Part shown: one piece after another, positions 1 through 11,856 of the stretch
Layout of the letters: every line of letters begins with the position of its first letter
How positions within the stretch are numbered: the first letter of the stretch is position 1
Source: Octopus bimaculoides
Lineage: Eukaryota
DNA length: 64,000 nucleotides
Assembly (NCBI RefSeq): GCF_001194135.2
Contig: NC_068981.1
Span: forward strand, 105,192,651-105,256,650
Direction: 5' to 3'
Notes under the pieces: generated by a model
What the model saw: only the letters and a program-made list of their open reading frames with translations
Database searches by the model: none
Told to the model about the DNA's origin: nothing
Translations under genes and position numbers: made by a program

Positions 1-345
1 GTTCGTAATACGGGTGACTAGGCTATAGCCAACACTGCCAGATATTTTGAGCATCTCTGCAGTGATTCCTGATGGGCCGGGGGCTTTCCCGGTCTTCATA
101 CTCTTAATTGCTTTATCTACCCTGGTACTATCAACTCGGATAGCTGGTCCCTCTATTGGGTCGACATAAGGCAGGCTCTCTTTCTCCCATTCATTCTCTT
201 TATTAAGCAATCTATCGTAGTGGCATCTCCAGACCTCTTTCTTTGCATCCTCATTTAATGCAAGCGTACCATCATCCATGCGAACACATTTCTCTCCTAC
301 AACATCACTATTCTCTCTCCTACACTGTCTTGCAACCTGTGTTAA
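1..345 (-). mobile_element. RTE-clade LINE ORF2 fragment (linker/pre-RT region), runs off the left edge
   Basis: Minus-strand translation ...KCVRMDDGTLALNEDAKKEVWRCHYDRLLNKENEWEKESLPYVDPIEGPAIRVDSTRVDKAIKSMKTGKAPGPSGITAEMLKISG; KAPGPSGITAEMLK is typical of RTE ORF2. Confidence 0.85.
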
Positions 346-1655
346 TTCTGTGACCCTTTAAAATGGAAGATAAGAATGTACATTTTTGGCACTTGATGCT
401 TTTCTTTTTCCGTAAAGGGAAAAATGCCTCATAAGCAACCAAAGAAGTATGCACAGTTTACAGTGATGTTTCTTTAACTGAAAGAACTGTACGGAAGTGG
501 TTCGCAAGGTTCCAAGCTGGAGATTGTAGCCTTATTGATAAAGAGCGATTAGGCAGACCATCCACTACAGATGATGACCAAATCAAGTCATTAATTGAGA
601 ATAACCCACATTGCACAACCCAAGAATCGGCAGAAAACCCCAACCTATCAAAATCCATCATTCATGAGCACCTGGTAAAGCTTGGGTACACAAATCACTA
701 CGATGTTTGGGTACCACATGAGTTTTGAGTGAGATGAACCTTTTGGATTGCATTTCCATCTGTGAGTCGCTTTATAAATGGAATGCAAACGTGCCTTTTA
801 TAAAGCAAATTGTGACAGGTGATGAGAAATGGATTATCTACCAAAATGTTCAGAGAAAGCGATGCTGGAATAAGTGACATGAGCCACCGTTAGCCACCCC
901 AAAAGTGGGTCTTCACCCTAAAAAAGTCTTGCTTTGTGTCTGGTGGGATTGGAAAGGAATTCTGTACTATGAGCTTCTCCCTAGTAACCAGACAATTAAT
1001 TCTGAGAAATACTGCACACAACTGGATGAGTTAAANNNNNNNNNNNNNNNNNNNNNNNNNNNNNNNNNNNNNNNNNNNNNNNNNNNNNNNNNNNNNNNNN
1101 NNNNNNNNNNNNNNNNNNNNNNNNNNNNNNNNNNNNNNNNNNNNNNNNNNNNNNNNNNNNNNNNNNNNNNNNNNNNNNNNNNNNNNNNNNNNNNNNNNNN
1201 NNNNNNNNNNNNNNNNNNNNNNNNNNNNNNNNNNNNNNNNNNNNNNNNNNNNNNNNNNNNNNNNNNNNNNNNNNNTCCAACATGATAATGCAAGACCGCA
1301 CGTTTCTTTGGGAACCAGACAAAAATTGCTGCAGCTTGGTTGGGATGTGTTACCCCCACCCTACATATTCACCAGATATTGCTCCTTCGGATTTCCACTT
1401 ATTCAGGTCTCTGTAGAATAGTCTTAATGGTAAAAATTTAAATTCCTTGGATGACATAAAAAGATACCTTGATGAATTCTTTGCCATGAAACCACTTCAA
1501 TTCTGAGAAGAAGGTATTTTCAAGTTAAAGGAAAGATGGAGACACTTTGTGCAACAAAATGGTTCATATTTGGTTGATTAAAATGTAATGGCAAGTATTT
1601 ATTGACCTTTTTCTTGCCTTTACAAATTGGCATGGACTTTCCGGATAACCCAATA
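346..1655 (+). mobile_element. Mariner (D,D34D) transposon, degenerate, 5' TIR missing
   Basis: ATG at 363 (MEDKNVHFWHLMLFFFRKG...RTVRKWFARF). Motifs [32 protein letters not shown] and [13 protein letters not shown] give 34 aa between D2 and D3 after one frameshift. Stop at 1581. 3' TIR-like GGACTTTCCGGATAACCCAATA followed by TA. Contains stops, frameshifts and an N gap. Confidence 0.92.
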
Positions 1656-2098
1656 TATAAACTGTCAAGATGGTCACAGCTGAAATACTTTTGATTGTAA
1701 GTCTGATCAATAAGAGCTAACCTGAAAATAAACAACAAAATGTGAATTACTTGTACTCAGTTACTTGTAAACAGTCCTGAGACATATTGCATGCAGTTGA
1801 ATTTACATCAAGTCAACCTTGCAGATATTCTCCAAACTATATTCACTATGAGAGTTAAACTTGGCAATGCAAGCCAATGAAATACTAACCAATTTTACAG
1901 TATTTCTACTATTTACAACACTGATTTTGTCCACCCTGGGTATTTGTGGACAGCAAAGTTCACTTGACTATTGATTATTGACTATTAAGTATTTTGGGTG
2001 TGGCCAATGCATAACCATATCTAGCATTTCAATAACCTGTCAACTAGCTGTAATTCAGTAACTGAAACACATGAACTTTCTGGATTAATGCCCAACAT

Positions 2099-2540
2099 CA
2101 TCATCATCATTTAACGTCTGATTTCCATGCTGGCATGGGTTGGACGGTTTGACAGGAGCTGGCCAGCTGAAGAGCTACCTGGGCTCCATGTCTATTTTGG
2201 CATGGTTTCTATGGCTGGATGCCCTTCCTAACACCAACCATTCTACAGAGTGTACTGGGTGCTTCTACACAGCACTGATACAGGTGTGTTTACATGGCAC
2301 CAGAAGCCACAAGCCCACAAGATTAGGAATGATCAGCTGGAGAGGGATGCAGGCGACATGCCTGTATGCAAGAACAACCATAATTTTACTTAGTTTGAAG
2401 TGCCTTCTCAAGCACAGCAAACTGCCAGGAGTCTTGGTCCTCTGTCATCCCCTCTGTGAAGCCCAGCATCTGAAGATCCTTTCTCACTACTTCATTCTAT
2501 GTCTTCCTGGAGCTACCCCTTCCACATGCTCCCTCCATAA
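2099..2540 (-). mobile_element. RTE LINE 3' end (ORF C-terminus, 3' UTR, (GAT)n tail)
   Basis: Minus strand MEGACGRGSSRKT*NEVVRKDLQMLGFTEGMTEDQDSWQFAVLEK*, then the shared tail ...CCAACCCATGCCAGCATGGAAATCAGACGTTAAATGATGATGATG. Confidence 0.8.
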
Positions 2541-2712
2541 GTAGACATCAATTTTTTTCTAAAAATGATTTCTCAAGTAAAGCTAGTCACAGCAACATTT
2601 TAAAGATTTGTAGATTATGAAATTTCACATTTCAATGACAGCATGAAGTGACAAGAGTAAAAAAATCTATCATAATTTTAAAAACCAATTATTTCAAAAA
2701 ATGTTTAAATAC

Positions 2713-2847
2713 CTTGATTATCTTTTTGAGATGCTTGGTTTTCAGTTTTGTCTAAACCTTCTTTGGTTGCTGCTGGAGAAGTAACTTCAGCAGGAGCAGA
2801 TGTCCCCGTTGTATTTAAAGAAGATCCCATTGAGTCAAGCAACATAA
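2713..2847 (-). CDS. CEP162: CEP162-like exon, 135 bp, phase 1->1: (V)MLLDSMGSSLNTTGTSAPAEVTSPAATKEGLDKTENQASQKDNQ
   Basis: Acceptor ttcttatttttattag, donor CAAG|gtattt, open frame, VMLLDS resembles VVLLDS. Confidence 0.85.
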
Positions 2848-2899
2848 CTAATAAAAATAAGAAGAAAAAAAAAATTATGAGAATTCAATATCTTCTTTT

Positions 2900-3115
2900 T
2901 TTCTTTTACCTGTTCCAGTCATTAGACTGTGGCCATTGTGGGGCACCATCTTGGAGGATTTTTAGTCAAATGAATCGACCCCGGTGCTTATTTTTTGTTA
3001 AGCCTGGTACTTATTCTATCAGTCTCTTTTTGCCAGACCACTAAGTTATGGAGTTGTAAACACAAGACTAGCTGTCAAGTGGTGAGGGGACAACAAACGC
3101 AAAGACACAAACATA
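2900..3115 (-). mobile_element. tRNA-derived SINE family A, 3' half
   Basis: Matches the family-A 3' segment seen at 11857-12258 and 46055-46445. Confidence 0.75.
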
Positions 3116-3121
3116 TATTAA

Positions 3122-3478
3122 TAGGCACATGAGTGGCTATGTGGTAAGAAGCTTGCGTCCCAACCACATGGTTCCAGGTTCAGTCCCACTGCGTGGCACC
3201 TTGGGCAAGTGTCTTCTGCTATAGCTTCAGGACAGCCAAAACTTTGTGAGTGGATTTGGTAGACAAAAACTGAAAGAAGTGTATGTGTGTGTGTGTCCCT
3301 CTCCATTGCTTGACAACTGATGTCGGTGTGTTTACGTCCCCGTAACTTAGCAGTTCAGCAGAAGTGACCGACAGAATAAGTACTAGGCTTACAAAGAATA
3401 AGTCCTGGGGACAATTTGTTCGACTAAAGGCAGTGCTCCAGCATGGCCACAATCAAGTGACTTAAACAACTAAAAGAA
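3122..3478 (+). mobile_element. tRNA-derived SINE family A, near full length
   Basis: Head GAGTGGCTATGTGGTAAG (A box) and GGTTCAGTCCC (B-box-like), CCTTGGGCAAGTGTC body, (TG)n spacer, 3' end TAAAAGAATA. Confidence 0.85.
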
Positions 3479-4814
3479 TATATATATATATANNNNNNNN
3501 NNNNNNNNNNNNNNNNNNNNNNNNNNNNNNNNNNNNNNNNNNNNNNNNNNNNNNNNNNNNNNNNNNNNNNNNNNNNNNNNNNNNNNNNNNNNNNNNNNNN
3601 NNNNNNNNNNNNNNNNNNNNNNNNNNNNNNNNNNNNNNNNNNNNNNNNNNNNNNNNNNNNNNNNNNNNNNNNNNNNNNNNNNNNNNNNNNNNNNNNNNNN
3701 NNNNNNNNNNNNNNNNNNNNNNNNNNNNNNNNNNNNNNNNNNNNNNNNNNNNNNNNNNNNNNNNNNNNNNNNNNNNNNNNNNNNNNNNNNNNNNNNNNNN
3801 NNNNNNNNNNNNNNNNNNNNNNNNNNNNNNNNNNNNNNNNNNNNNNNNNNNNNNNNNNNNNNNNNNNNNNNNNNNNNNNNNNNNNNNNNNNNNNNNNNNN
3901 NNNNNNNNNNNNNNNNNNNNNNNNNNNNNNNNNNNNNNNNNNNNNNNNNNNNNNNNNNNNNNNNNNNNNNNNNNNNNNNNNNNNNNNNNNNNNNNNNNNN
4001 NNNNNNNNNNNNNNNNNNNNNNNNNNNNNNNNATATATATATATATATACAGGGTTGGCCAAAAGTCACCTGACAGTAAATCAAAACCATTTAATTCCAA
4101 GATTAAAACAAAAAATTATTTTATATGAGACTTCACTAATAAATAGACAAATGTTGAAAAACAAAATATGGTGATTTTAACTCAAAGCATTCAGTTATTA
4201 AACATTCATAATTGGAATGAATAAATAAAATTGAATATTAAGTATTTATGGAATGAACCCAGAACCATGTGGTTGGAAAGCAAGCTTCCTACCATACAGT
4301 CACATGATTTTGTTAAATTAGACACAAGACAATACATTTTTTTTCCATGGAGATTGGAAGACCTAGAGTTGACTGAACTGATCTTAGAATAATTCTGTCA
4401 CTTATTGTATTGCCTGATAAAGATAAAGAAAAGTATAAAATAGACTACTGCATACTTTGTTTTTTATCAATAATACTTGTGTGAAACAAAATTATAAATA
4501 ACATATATTTTTTAAGATGTTCAAGTATTAGCGCAGATATGGCTATTCGGTGAAAGTTTCATTAAAAAGTATCCATTTCTCTGGAATTTATGAGGCAACA
4601 AATCGGTAGGGTATTAAACTGTAGTTATATCTTTTTCAATAAAAGTTAACATTAACAGATTAGCATTGACTTCTGTTACATTTTCAAAGAATAAACGGAT
4701 TAACAATTAACGAACTTAACTTTCTGGTTAACGGATTAATGATTAACAAAGTTAACTTTCAATTATCGATGTCCACCTTTGCATATATGTATATATGTAT
4801 ATATGTATATATAT

Positions 4815-5605
4815 GGCCAATGCCAGTGTTGCATGTCCAGCCCATTTAAGAGAACCCTTGATGCGTCAGACGATATGATATGCTTGAGAAGACCTGTTGA
4901 GTCAAGTAAAACCAAAATTGTAGCTGTGGTTAGTGCCCCCTGACTGGCTCTCATTTTGGTTGCACATAAAATGCATCATCTGAACGTGGTCGATGCCAGT
5001 GACCTCTGACTGGCTCCCATGTTGGAGTCATGTAAAAAGCACCATCCGAACATGGCCAATGCCAGTGCCTCTTGACTGGCTCCTGTGCCAGTGGCACATA
5101 AAAAGCACTATCTAAACGTGATCAATGCTAGTGCCACCTGACTGGCTCCCGTACCAGTGGAACATAATAAGCACCATCCGAATGTGACTGATGCCAGTGG
5201 CCCCTGACTGGCTTCCATGTTGGTGGCACGTAAAAAGCACTATCTGAACGTGATCAATGTCAGGACCGCCTGACTGGTTCCCATACTGGTGACACGTAAA
5301 AAGCACCATCTGAATGTGGCTGATGCCAGTACCCCCTGATTGGCACCCATACTGGTGGCACATGAAAAGCACTATCTGAATGTGATCGATGCCAGGCCCA
5401 CATGACTGGCTCCTGTGCCAGTGGCACGTAAAAAGCACTCACTACAGTCTTGGAGTGGTTGGCGTTAAGAAGTGCATCCAGCTGTAGAAACATTGCCAGA
5501 TCAGGTTGGAGCCTGGTGCAGCCACTGGCTTTCCAGACCTCAGTCAAACTGTCCAATTCATGCCAGCATGGAAAACAGATGTTAAACGATGATGATGATG
5601 ACAAT
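4815..5605 (+). mobile_element. RTE LINE 3' UTR with expanded 66-bp tandem array and (GAT)n tail
   Basis: Homologous to 33957-34513, which follows an RTE ORF end. Ends CATGGAAAACAGATGTTAAACGATGATGATG. Confidence 0.8.
4942..5440. repeat. 66-bp tandem array, 8 units, alternating dimer structure
   Basis: GACTGGCT anchors at 4942, 5008, 5074, 5140, 5206, 5272, 5338, 5404. Confidence 0.9.
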
Positions 5606-5745
5606 GATGTGTGTGTGTGTGTGTGTGTGTGTCTGCGTTTGTCCCCCTCTGCCACTTGACAACTGGTGTCGGTTTGTTTACATCTCCACAACTTAGTGGT
5701 TCAGTAAAAAGAGAACAATAGAATAAGTATCTGGCTTTAAAAAAA
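5605..5745 (+). mobile_element. SINE family A 3' fragment
   Basis: (TG)n followed by GCTTGACAACTG...AATAAGTA family-A sequence. Confidence 0.65.
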
Positions 5746-6142
5746 ATTCGGTGGTGTTCCAGCTAATGACTCAAAGAGATAAAAGATATTACTGTAGATT
5801 TTCTAAAACCTTGAATGATACTTTTAAAAATCTGCATCATATTCGGACGCCCTTTGAGATGCACACTGTAAGAGCGGCACAAAGGGCCCAAGACTGTCTT
5901 CAGGGATTCCAAGACTGGAAAGAAGGGAAGAAGTTATCCTGAGATTAAAGATCTGACCTTTATGCCAGCAAAAATCATTACTAAATTCATCCAAGAGCTA
6001 GGTATTAAGAACTAAGTGTTAATTAAGTTTTAACTGACAACCATGGAAATTTTGATTTTTAATTACATTGTTCTTATTATAAGAGTACTTATTATTGTCT
6101 TGTCAATGATCATTAAATTGTAATTTGAAAAATATTTCTTAC

Positions 6143-6182
6143 CTTTTGATAACAAACTGGGTTGTTGCTGTGGAGGAGGTTT
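6143..6182 (-). CDS. CEP162: CEP162-like micro-exon, 40 bp, phase 0->1: KPPPQQQPSLLSK
   Basis: Acceptor tgtttatttag, donor AAG|gtaaga; phases join both neighbours. Confidence 0.82.
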
Positions 6183-7561
6183 CTAAATAAACATTAAAAA
6201 AAATTACATTTTTTAACTTATCAACGAGCTATTAAATGATACAAAACTAACAGTCAACAACTTAATTTCTCTATAATAGGAATATATATTAGAAACAATT
6301 ACACAATTAGCCATGGTAATATGATATGAGGCTACAAATCAAAGAATTGACAAGCTTTGTTTTTTCCTTAACACTATGTTAAGCCCTTGGCAAAGAAACC
6401 CTCAATGGTTCAAATTAGTTATAAATAGGAACCATGAGAAAATGCAATTCAATACTACCAGTATTGCAAACAGTGTAGAATGGTTTTCTTTGCTAATAGT
6501 ATTGGACATAATTTTACAGCTGACTAAGTTATCTGTAATATGGTAAGCATTCAGATAAAATTTATCTGTGAACTTATTTTTCATTGTCTTAGCACTGCAA
6601 ACCCCAACAATAAACACTTGTTTTTATGAAGCCTGGAAGTATTTTTTTTTTTTTTGTGTGTGTGTTTTTCTTGATACATTAGTCAATTAAGCAAGCACCT
6701 AAGACCTTCTTCAAGGGTTCCAAGACCATGAAGAAAGGAAGAAGAGACCAGAGATCTTATCTGAATGCTTGCAAAAGACTCCATTAAAGTGATCCAAGAG
6801 TCAGATAGTGGCACTAAATGTGGTGACAGATAAAGTCTACTGGCCAAGAACAGGAATGCTTACTTCAACATGCTTGTCCACAATTTCCATCTAGCAAATT
6901 TCACTCAGAAGGCTTCAGCGAACTCAAGTTTATAATAGAAGAGTATTTTACTAAGGTGTTGTGTAGTGGTACTGAACCCAAAATGATGTAGTTAACCACA
7001 CAGCAATGCATGAACCCATAGTTTTTGCACTAAGCTGACATGCAGTTCAAACATAGAAACCAAAGAATCAAGGTTAGATCAATATATTTCTACACACTTT
7101 ACAATTCAATCAATTAATTATCCAGGATGACTATAAATTACCTTCACAATTTGAAAAAATTCAGAAAAATTAAAAAATTAGGAAATAATAAATAACTTTA
7201 AAGACAAATGAAAGTGATTTGAATATTAAAACAAAGTTACATACATTAAAACTTTAATAATTAATGATATTTATTTAACAGGCAAAGATTGATAGATATC
7301 AGCTTTAATAGACCAATGAATTGTGGAAGTTGTAAAGATAATTTATGGACACCCTGTAGATTTAAAAGTCAGTTAAAAACTAACTTCAGTACTTTTTTCA
7401 AAACATAACATCATTTCATGATATTTATAATCTACTTTGTGAAACATATTCAGCTATAAAAGATTTGTCCTTAAGATCACAAAATTCATATGACCAAAGA
7501 AGCTGAAACGAAGAAACAAATATTGTTGATTTAATTTTTTTTTTAATACAAAGAAAATTAC

Positions 7562-7747
7562 CAAAAGTTCAACTTTAGCTGAAATCTCAGACGTGATTTT
7601 CTTTATCATTCCTCCAGTTGCTTGAGGCTTCATGCTGTCCTTGGTGTTACAGTCAACTGAGCTAGTTGCTAACTGAGTACTTGTTTTGCTCATTTGATGA
7701 TTAAGAAGGCCATAGTCCAGTGTGCCACTCATCTCTTTTTCAAGCTC
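7562..7747 (-). CDS. CEP162: CEP162-like exon, 186 bp, phase 0->0: ELEKEMSGTLDYGLLNHQMSK...SAKVELL
   Basis: Acceptor tttgcttgatag, donor TTG|gtaatt; LEK..SGTLDY..LN block. Confidence 0.88.
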
Positions 7748-8209
7748 CTATCAAGCAAATAAGACACAGATATGTGTTATCATTGTTTAACCCAAAGTCA
7801 GCTTCAATCAAGCAGACTTATGGTCAAAGGTATATATATCTATATATATATATATNNNNNNNNNNNNNNNNNNNNNNNNNNNNNNNNNNNNNNNNNNNNN
7901 NNNNNNNNNNNNNNNNNNNNNNNNNNNNNNNNNNNNNNNNNNNNNNNNNNNNNNNNNNNNNNNNNNNNNNNNNNNNNNNNNNNNNNNNNNNNNNNNNNNN
8001 NNNNNNNNNNNNNNNNNNNNNNNNNNNNNNNNNNNNNNNNNNNNNNNNNNNNNNNNNNNNNNNNNNNNNNNNNNNNNNNNNNNNNNNNNNNNNNNNNNNN
8101 NNNNNNNNNNNNNNNNNNNNNNNNNNNNNNNNNNNNNNNNNNNNNNNNNNNNNNNNNNNNNNNNNNNNNNNNNNNNNNNNNNNNNNNGGGGGGGGGGGGA
8201 ACACAGACA

Positions 8210-8241
<32 letters not shown>

Positions 8242-8313
8242 TATACGATGGACTCATCAAAACAGGACTCAACAAGGAATAAGGGATACAATAAAGAAAG
8301 CAGAGAAACTCAC

Positions 8314-8393
8314 TGAAAAAAACTTCTGTTTGTCTGCCATTTCATCTAAAGTATCTGGACCTGGGACTTGAACTGGATGAGAAGAGCCAGTTT
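8314..8393 (-). CDS. CEP162: CEP162-like exon, 80 bp, phase 1->0: (E)TGSSHPVQVPGPDTLDEMADKQKFFS
   Basis: Acceptor ctttactttcag, donor TCA|gtgagt; DTLDE..DKQKFF block. Confidence 0.88.
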
Positions 8394-9479
8394 CTGAAAG
8401 TAAAGTTGTGGAAAAAATATTAAACCCACAGAAATGGCAGAGGATTTGTTAACCAAGTTGAAAACCTTCCCATAAGGTAAGTTACTAGCAACAGATTGGT
8501 CTCCTATTGAGATTCAGATTTGAACTTTCATCTCTATAATAACACACATCATAAAGACTCACTGGCTCAGTGGACCAAGGAGATGTGTGAAATGAGAAAT
8601 GTGATGTTAGTTCACAAAACAGATGCAGAAAATTCTTCCATTAAGTTTGTGTAACAGCAATTGAAATAATGTAGTTGTCACTGTTGCTGTTTAGCCCAAA
8701 TTCAGCTTTCAGTGAGGACCCCTCTGTGATCAAAAACGTTCTGGTTGTGACCATCCTGTCTTTTATCCCATACTCAGTGCATTCACAACCACTTTGCTCA
8801 ATGTGTCCTTATTTTCTTAGATGGTTGGAATGATTTGAAGGAGATTTACCTGGTATTTCCAACAGACAGAGAGCAACCATGTAGAAGCTCTGAAAGAACT
8901 TTCATCTGGGAGGGTTGTCACTGGACTCTGTTGTGTGTTTGTAGCATCATTAATCACAATCTCTGTCTCCCTATATCTTTCTCTCTCTATTAATCTCTCT
9001 GAGTGTATGACATGTGAGTGTATGACATCCCTATTGTTGTCAATAGTCTTCATTGGTCTGAGTGTGTGTGTGTGTCTGCGTGTATGTATGTGGAGGGTGT
9101 GTGTAGTTTTATGAATGGTTGAATGGTGAAGAAAGTTTATCACAATGATGAGGTCCCAGGTTCACTCTCACTGCATGACATCTTGTGCAAGCATAATTTA
9201 TCATAACCTTGGATAGATTCAAGCCTTGTCAGTGAAATTGGGTGAATGGAAACTGTGTGAAAGCCCTTTACATGGGTTGTCCCTGTAATTCAAAGGCTGA
9301 GCTTTGTCACACACTGTGACATGCTGATTCCTGCCTGAAAATTACATGTCTGTGGAATACACAGTCACTTATAAGTATATTCAATGAATATCTAGTACAA
9401 CTGACCAAACAGCTGAATACTCATTGACAACCCAATGAAGGCCCATTTATTTTGGGAAAATCAAAATGAATTGTTAATT

Positions 9480-9600
9480 TTGGTTTCAAATTTTGGCACA
9501 AGACCAGTAATTTCAGGGGATAAGGTAAGGCAATTACATCGACCCTAGTGTGCAACTGGTACTTATTTTATTGACCATGAGAGGGTGAAAGGCAAAAAAA
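9480..9600 (-). mobile_element. tRNA-derived SINE family B, 3' part
   Basis: GGCACAAG...ACATCGACCC...GGTACTTATTTTATTGACC...GAAAGGCAAA family-B sequence. Confidence 0.7.
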
Positions 9601-9624
9601 TGAATTATGATATTAACAGTTGTT

Positions 9625-9840
9625 AAGGCGGCAAGGTGGTAGGATTGTTAGTGAGCAGAGCAAAATGTTTAGCAGCATTTTGTCTGTCTTTATGTTCTGA
9701 GTTCAAATTCTGCAGGGGTCAACTTTGCTTTTCATCCTTTAAGGATCAATAAAAAATGTACTATTGAGCACTGGAGTTGATGTAATCAACTTACGCCTCC
9801 CCCAAAATTGCTAGTATTGTGCCAAAATTTGAAACCAATA
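9625..9840 (+). mobile_element. tRNA-derived SINE family B
   Basis: Head AAGGCGGCAAGGTGG, B box GAGTTCAAATTC, body CTTTCATCCTTT...GATAAA; inverted relative to 9480-9600. Confidence 0.8.
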
Positions 9841-9917
9841 TTAAATAATGGTTGAAAGAAAAGGAAAATAAACATAAAAGGAATGAAAAAGGATAGGGAA
9901 CAGAAGACTATAAATAC

Positions 9918-9973
9918 CTTTCAATGGAAAATCTTTAGCAGACACAGAGTGGAGATCAACATTTTCTTCTTTC
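9918..9973 (-). CDS. CEP162: CEP162-like micro-exon, 56 bp, phase 2->1: (K)KEENVDLHSVSAKDFPLK
   Basis: Acceptor ttatttttgtcag, donor AAG|gtattt; only one open frame, and it joins 12324-12366 and 8314-8393. Confidence 0.75.
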
Positions 9974-10401
9974 CTGACAAAAATAATAGCATTTGATCAT
10001 ACAAATGGGAGTCATTACTATTTTTTTTTCTTTCAGTAATAATTAGATAAAAGTTTTGAAAAATTAAATTGGTTTCACTTAACATGGATGATTATAGGTC
10101 TCAGTACTATAAAACAAGTTAAACAATAATTTCGCTCTCATTTATAAGACTTAAAAGAAAGAATATGTAACTCTCAGCAAATCTCTATCCTATGAAACTA
10201 GTTGTTGTCGCTTAACCCTAGGTTAGCTTTGACTGAGCAGTCCTATCATCAAAAGTATTCAGTCCTAGATCAACCCATCTTTTTTAAGGTATAGTGTAAT
10301 TAGAACTCAGTGTAGTTCTCTGGTCTGTCAGTTGCTATCAAACCCATACCAGTATGGAAAAAAGGGATGTTAAATAATGATGAGGATGATATTGATAACA
10401 G

Positions 10402-10556
10402 AAGGTGCATGGCTCAGTGGCTAGAGCATCGGGCTCACAATCATGAGGTAGTGAGTTTGATTGCCAGACCCGGCTGTGTGCTGTATCCCTGAGCAAGACA
10501 CTTTATTTCACGTTGCTTCAGTTCACTCAGCAGTAGAAATTAGTTGTGACATCACA
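10402..10556 (+). mobile_element. CORE-type tRNA SINE (family C), 3'-truncated
   Basis: A box TGGCTCAGTGG, B box GAGTTTGATTG; CCCTGAGCAAGACACTTTATTTCACGTTGCTTCAGTTCACTCAGCAGTAGAAAT aligns to the MIR/CORE domain. Confidence 0.75.
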
Positions 10557-11345
10557 GAGCCTATACACGGTGATCTCTCACTACAAGGGGCTGCGTACAT
10601 TCCAACATTTCCTTAACCTTCAACCTAACACCCAACTTGACACATCCAAACTCCTTCATCTGGCCAAACTTGTCCTCTCACTTAACTGCTTCTCGTTCGT
10701 GGGTGATTTTTACCAGCAAATCTAGGGAGTGGCCATGGGAACGAGAATGGGCCCCAACTATGCGAACCTGTTCGTTGGCTACATTGAGGCCCAAATATTC
10801 TCAAGTTTCACTGGTCCCATTCCCGAACTATACATCCGTTATATTGACGACTGTATTGGTGCAACCTCACTCTCCTGCGAACATCTAGACTCATTCCTCT
10901 CTTTTGTCAAATCTTTCCATCCTGCCCTCCACTTCCGCACTATTTCCAACATTTCCGTCGCCTTTCTCGACATTTCGGTTAGCATTCATCCCTCCACTCT
11001 CACCACCTCCATCCATTACAAACACACAGACTCACACTCATACCTCAACTTCTCTTCCTCCCACCCTAAACACACCAAGCTCTCCATTCCCTATTCTTAA
11101 TTCCTCCGTCTATGCAGGCTCTGCAGTGACGACCATGACTTTGAGACTCAGTCTCAACTTATGGCCCGCCGTTTCATCGTATGTGGATATCCCCTCACCA
11201 CTATTCACACCGCCCTTGCAAGAGCACATTCCGTGGACCGTGCATCTGCTCTCCCCCTGCACCCACCCCACCACCCTACCTCTCCAACACACCATTCTCC
11301 GAGCTTCTCAGTGACTCCAGTCTGACCCCTCCCCTTTGCACATTA
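10548..11345 (+). mobile_element. Penelope-like element reverse transcriptase fragment (pseudogene)
   Basis: SLYTVI...LNCFSF...YQQI*GVAMGTRMGPNYANLFVGYIE...YIRYIDDC...AFLDISV...IHYKHTDSHSYLNFSSSHPKHTKLSIPYS*FLRLCRLCS, a typical PLE RT plus thumb/HTH region. Confidence 0.9.
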
Positions 11346-11856
11346 AATTTCACAATATATAATTTTAGCCTGTAAGGTATCCTGTTAAGTTCACCTCTTT
11401 TGTGTATAGATATGTACACTAATTTTATATGAAAAATATGTTGCCTATTGACTCTATTAGGCATGCTAGCCACTAGTAGAAAATTTCTCTAATTTTTTCT
11501 GCCCTATATATTTTCTTAGAATTTTCGTAATTTTGAAGAAACGTTGGTACATAAATTTTTATTTGCTGCCGACTATAACTGTGCTTGCATGGTGGATTTT
11601 AAAAATTATTATGTATATAGATGGAACAATGTTCCACAAATATACATCAATTATAGCGCCCATGCTGATGAGGACACAGATGGCAAATTATTTTATTTGT
11701 TCATTGATGTTCAAAACATAGGTACAAGTGGTAACTATTGAAAATGTTTTTATTTTTCATCCCTCTTTGAAATTACTCTTATCCATGGTTTGAGCTTTGA
11801 CTGCTCTTTTTAACATGTAAGGTGTCCTGTTAAGTTCACCTCTTTTGTGCATAGAT

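Noticed and set aside
4942-5440. CRISPR-like reading of the 66-bp array (and of the 23-bp array at 19546-19652)
   Set aside because: Units are contiguous with no unique spacers, there are no cas genes, and the context is eukaryotic retroelement sequence.
8817-9143. 108-aa minus ORF with a good donor at 8848 as a CEP162 exon
   Set aside because: Its open frame ends in phase 0, but the next exon needs phase 1, which 9918-9973 supplies. The acceptor region is purine-rich microsatellite.
11665-11690. CTGATGA half-cores (also at ~28489, ~38454, ~38967, ~41636)
   Set aside because: No stem II closed by GAAA at a suitable distance.
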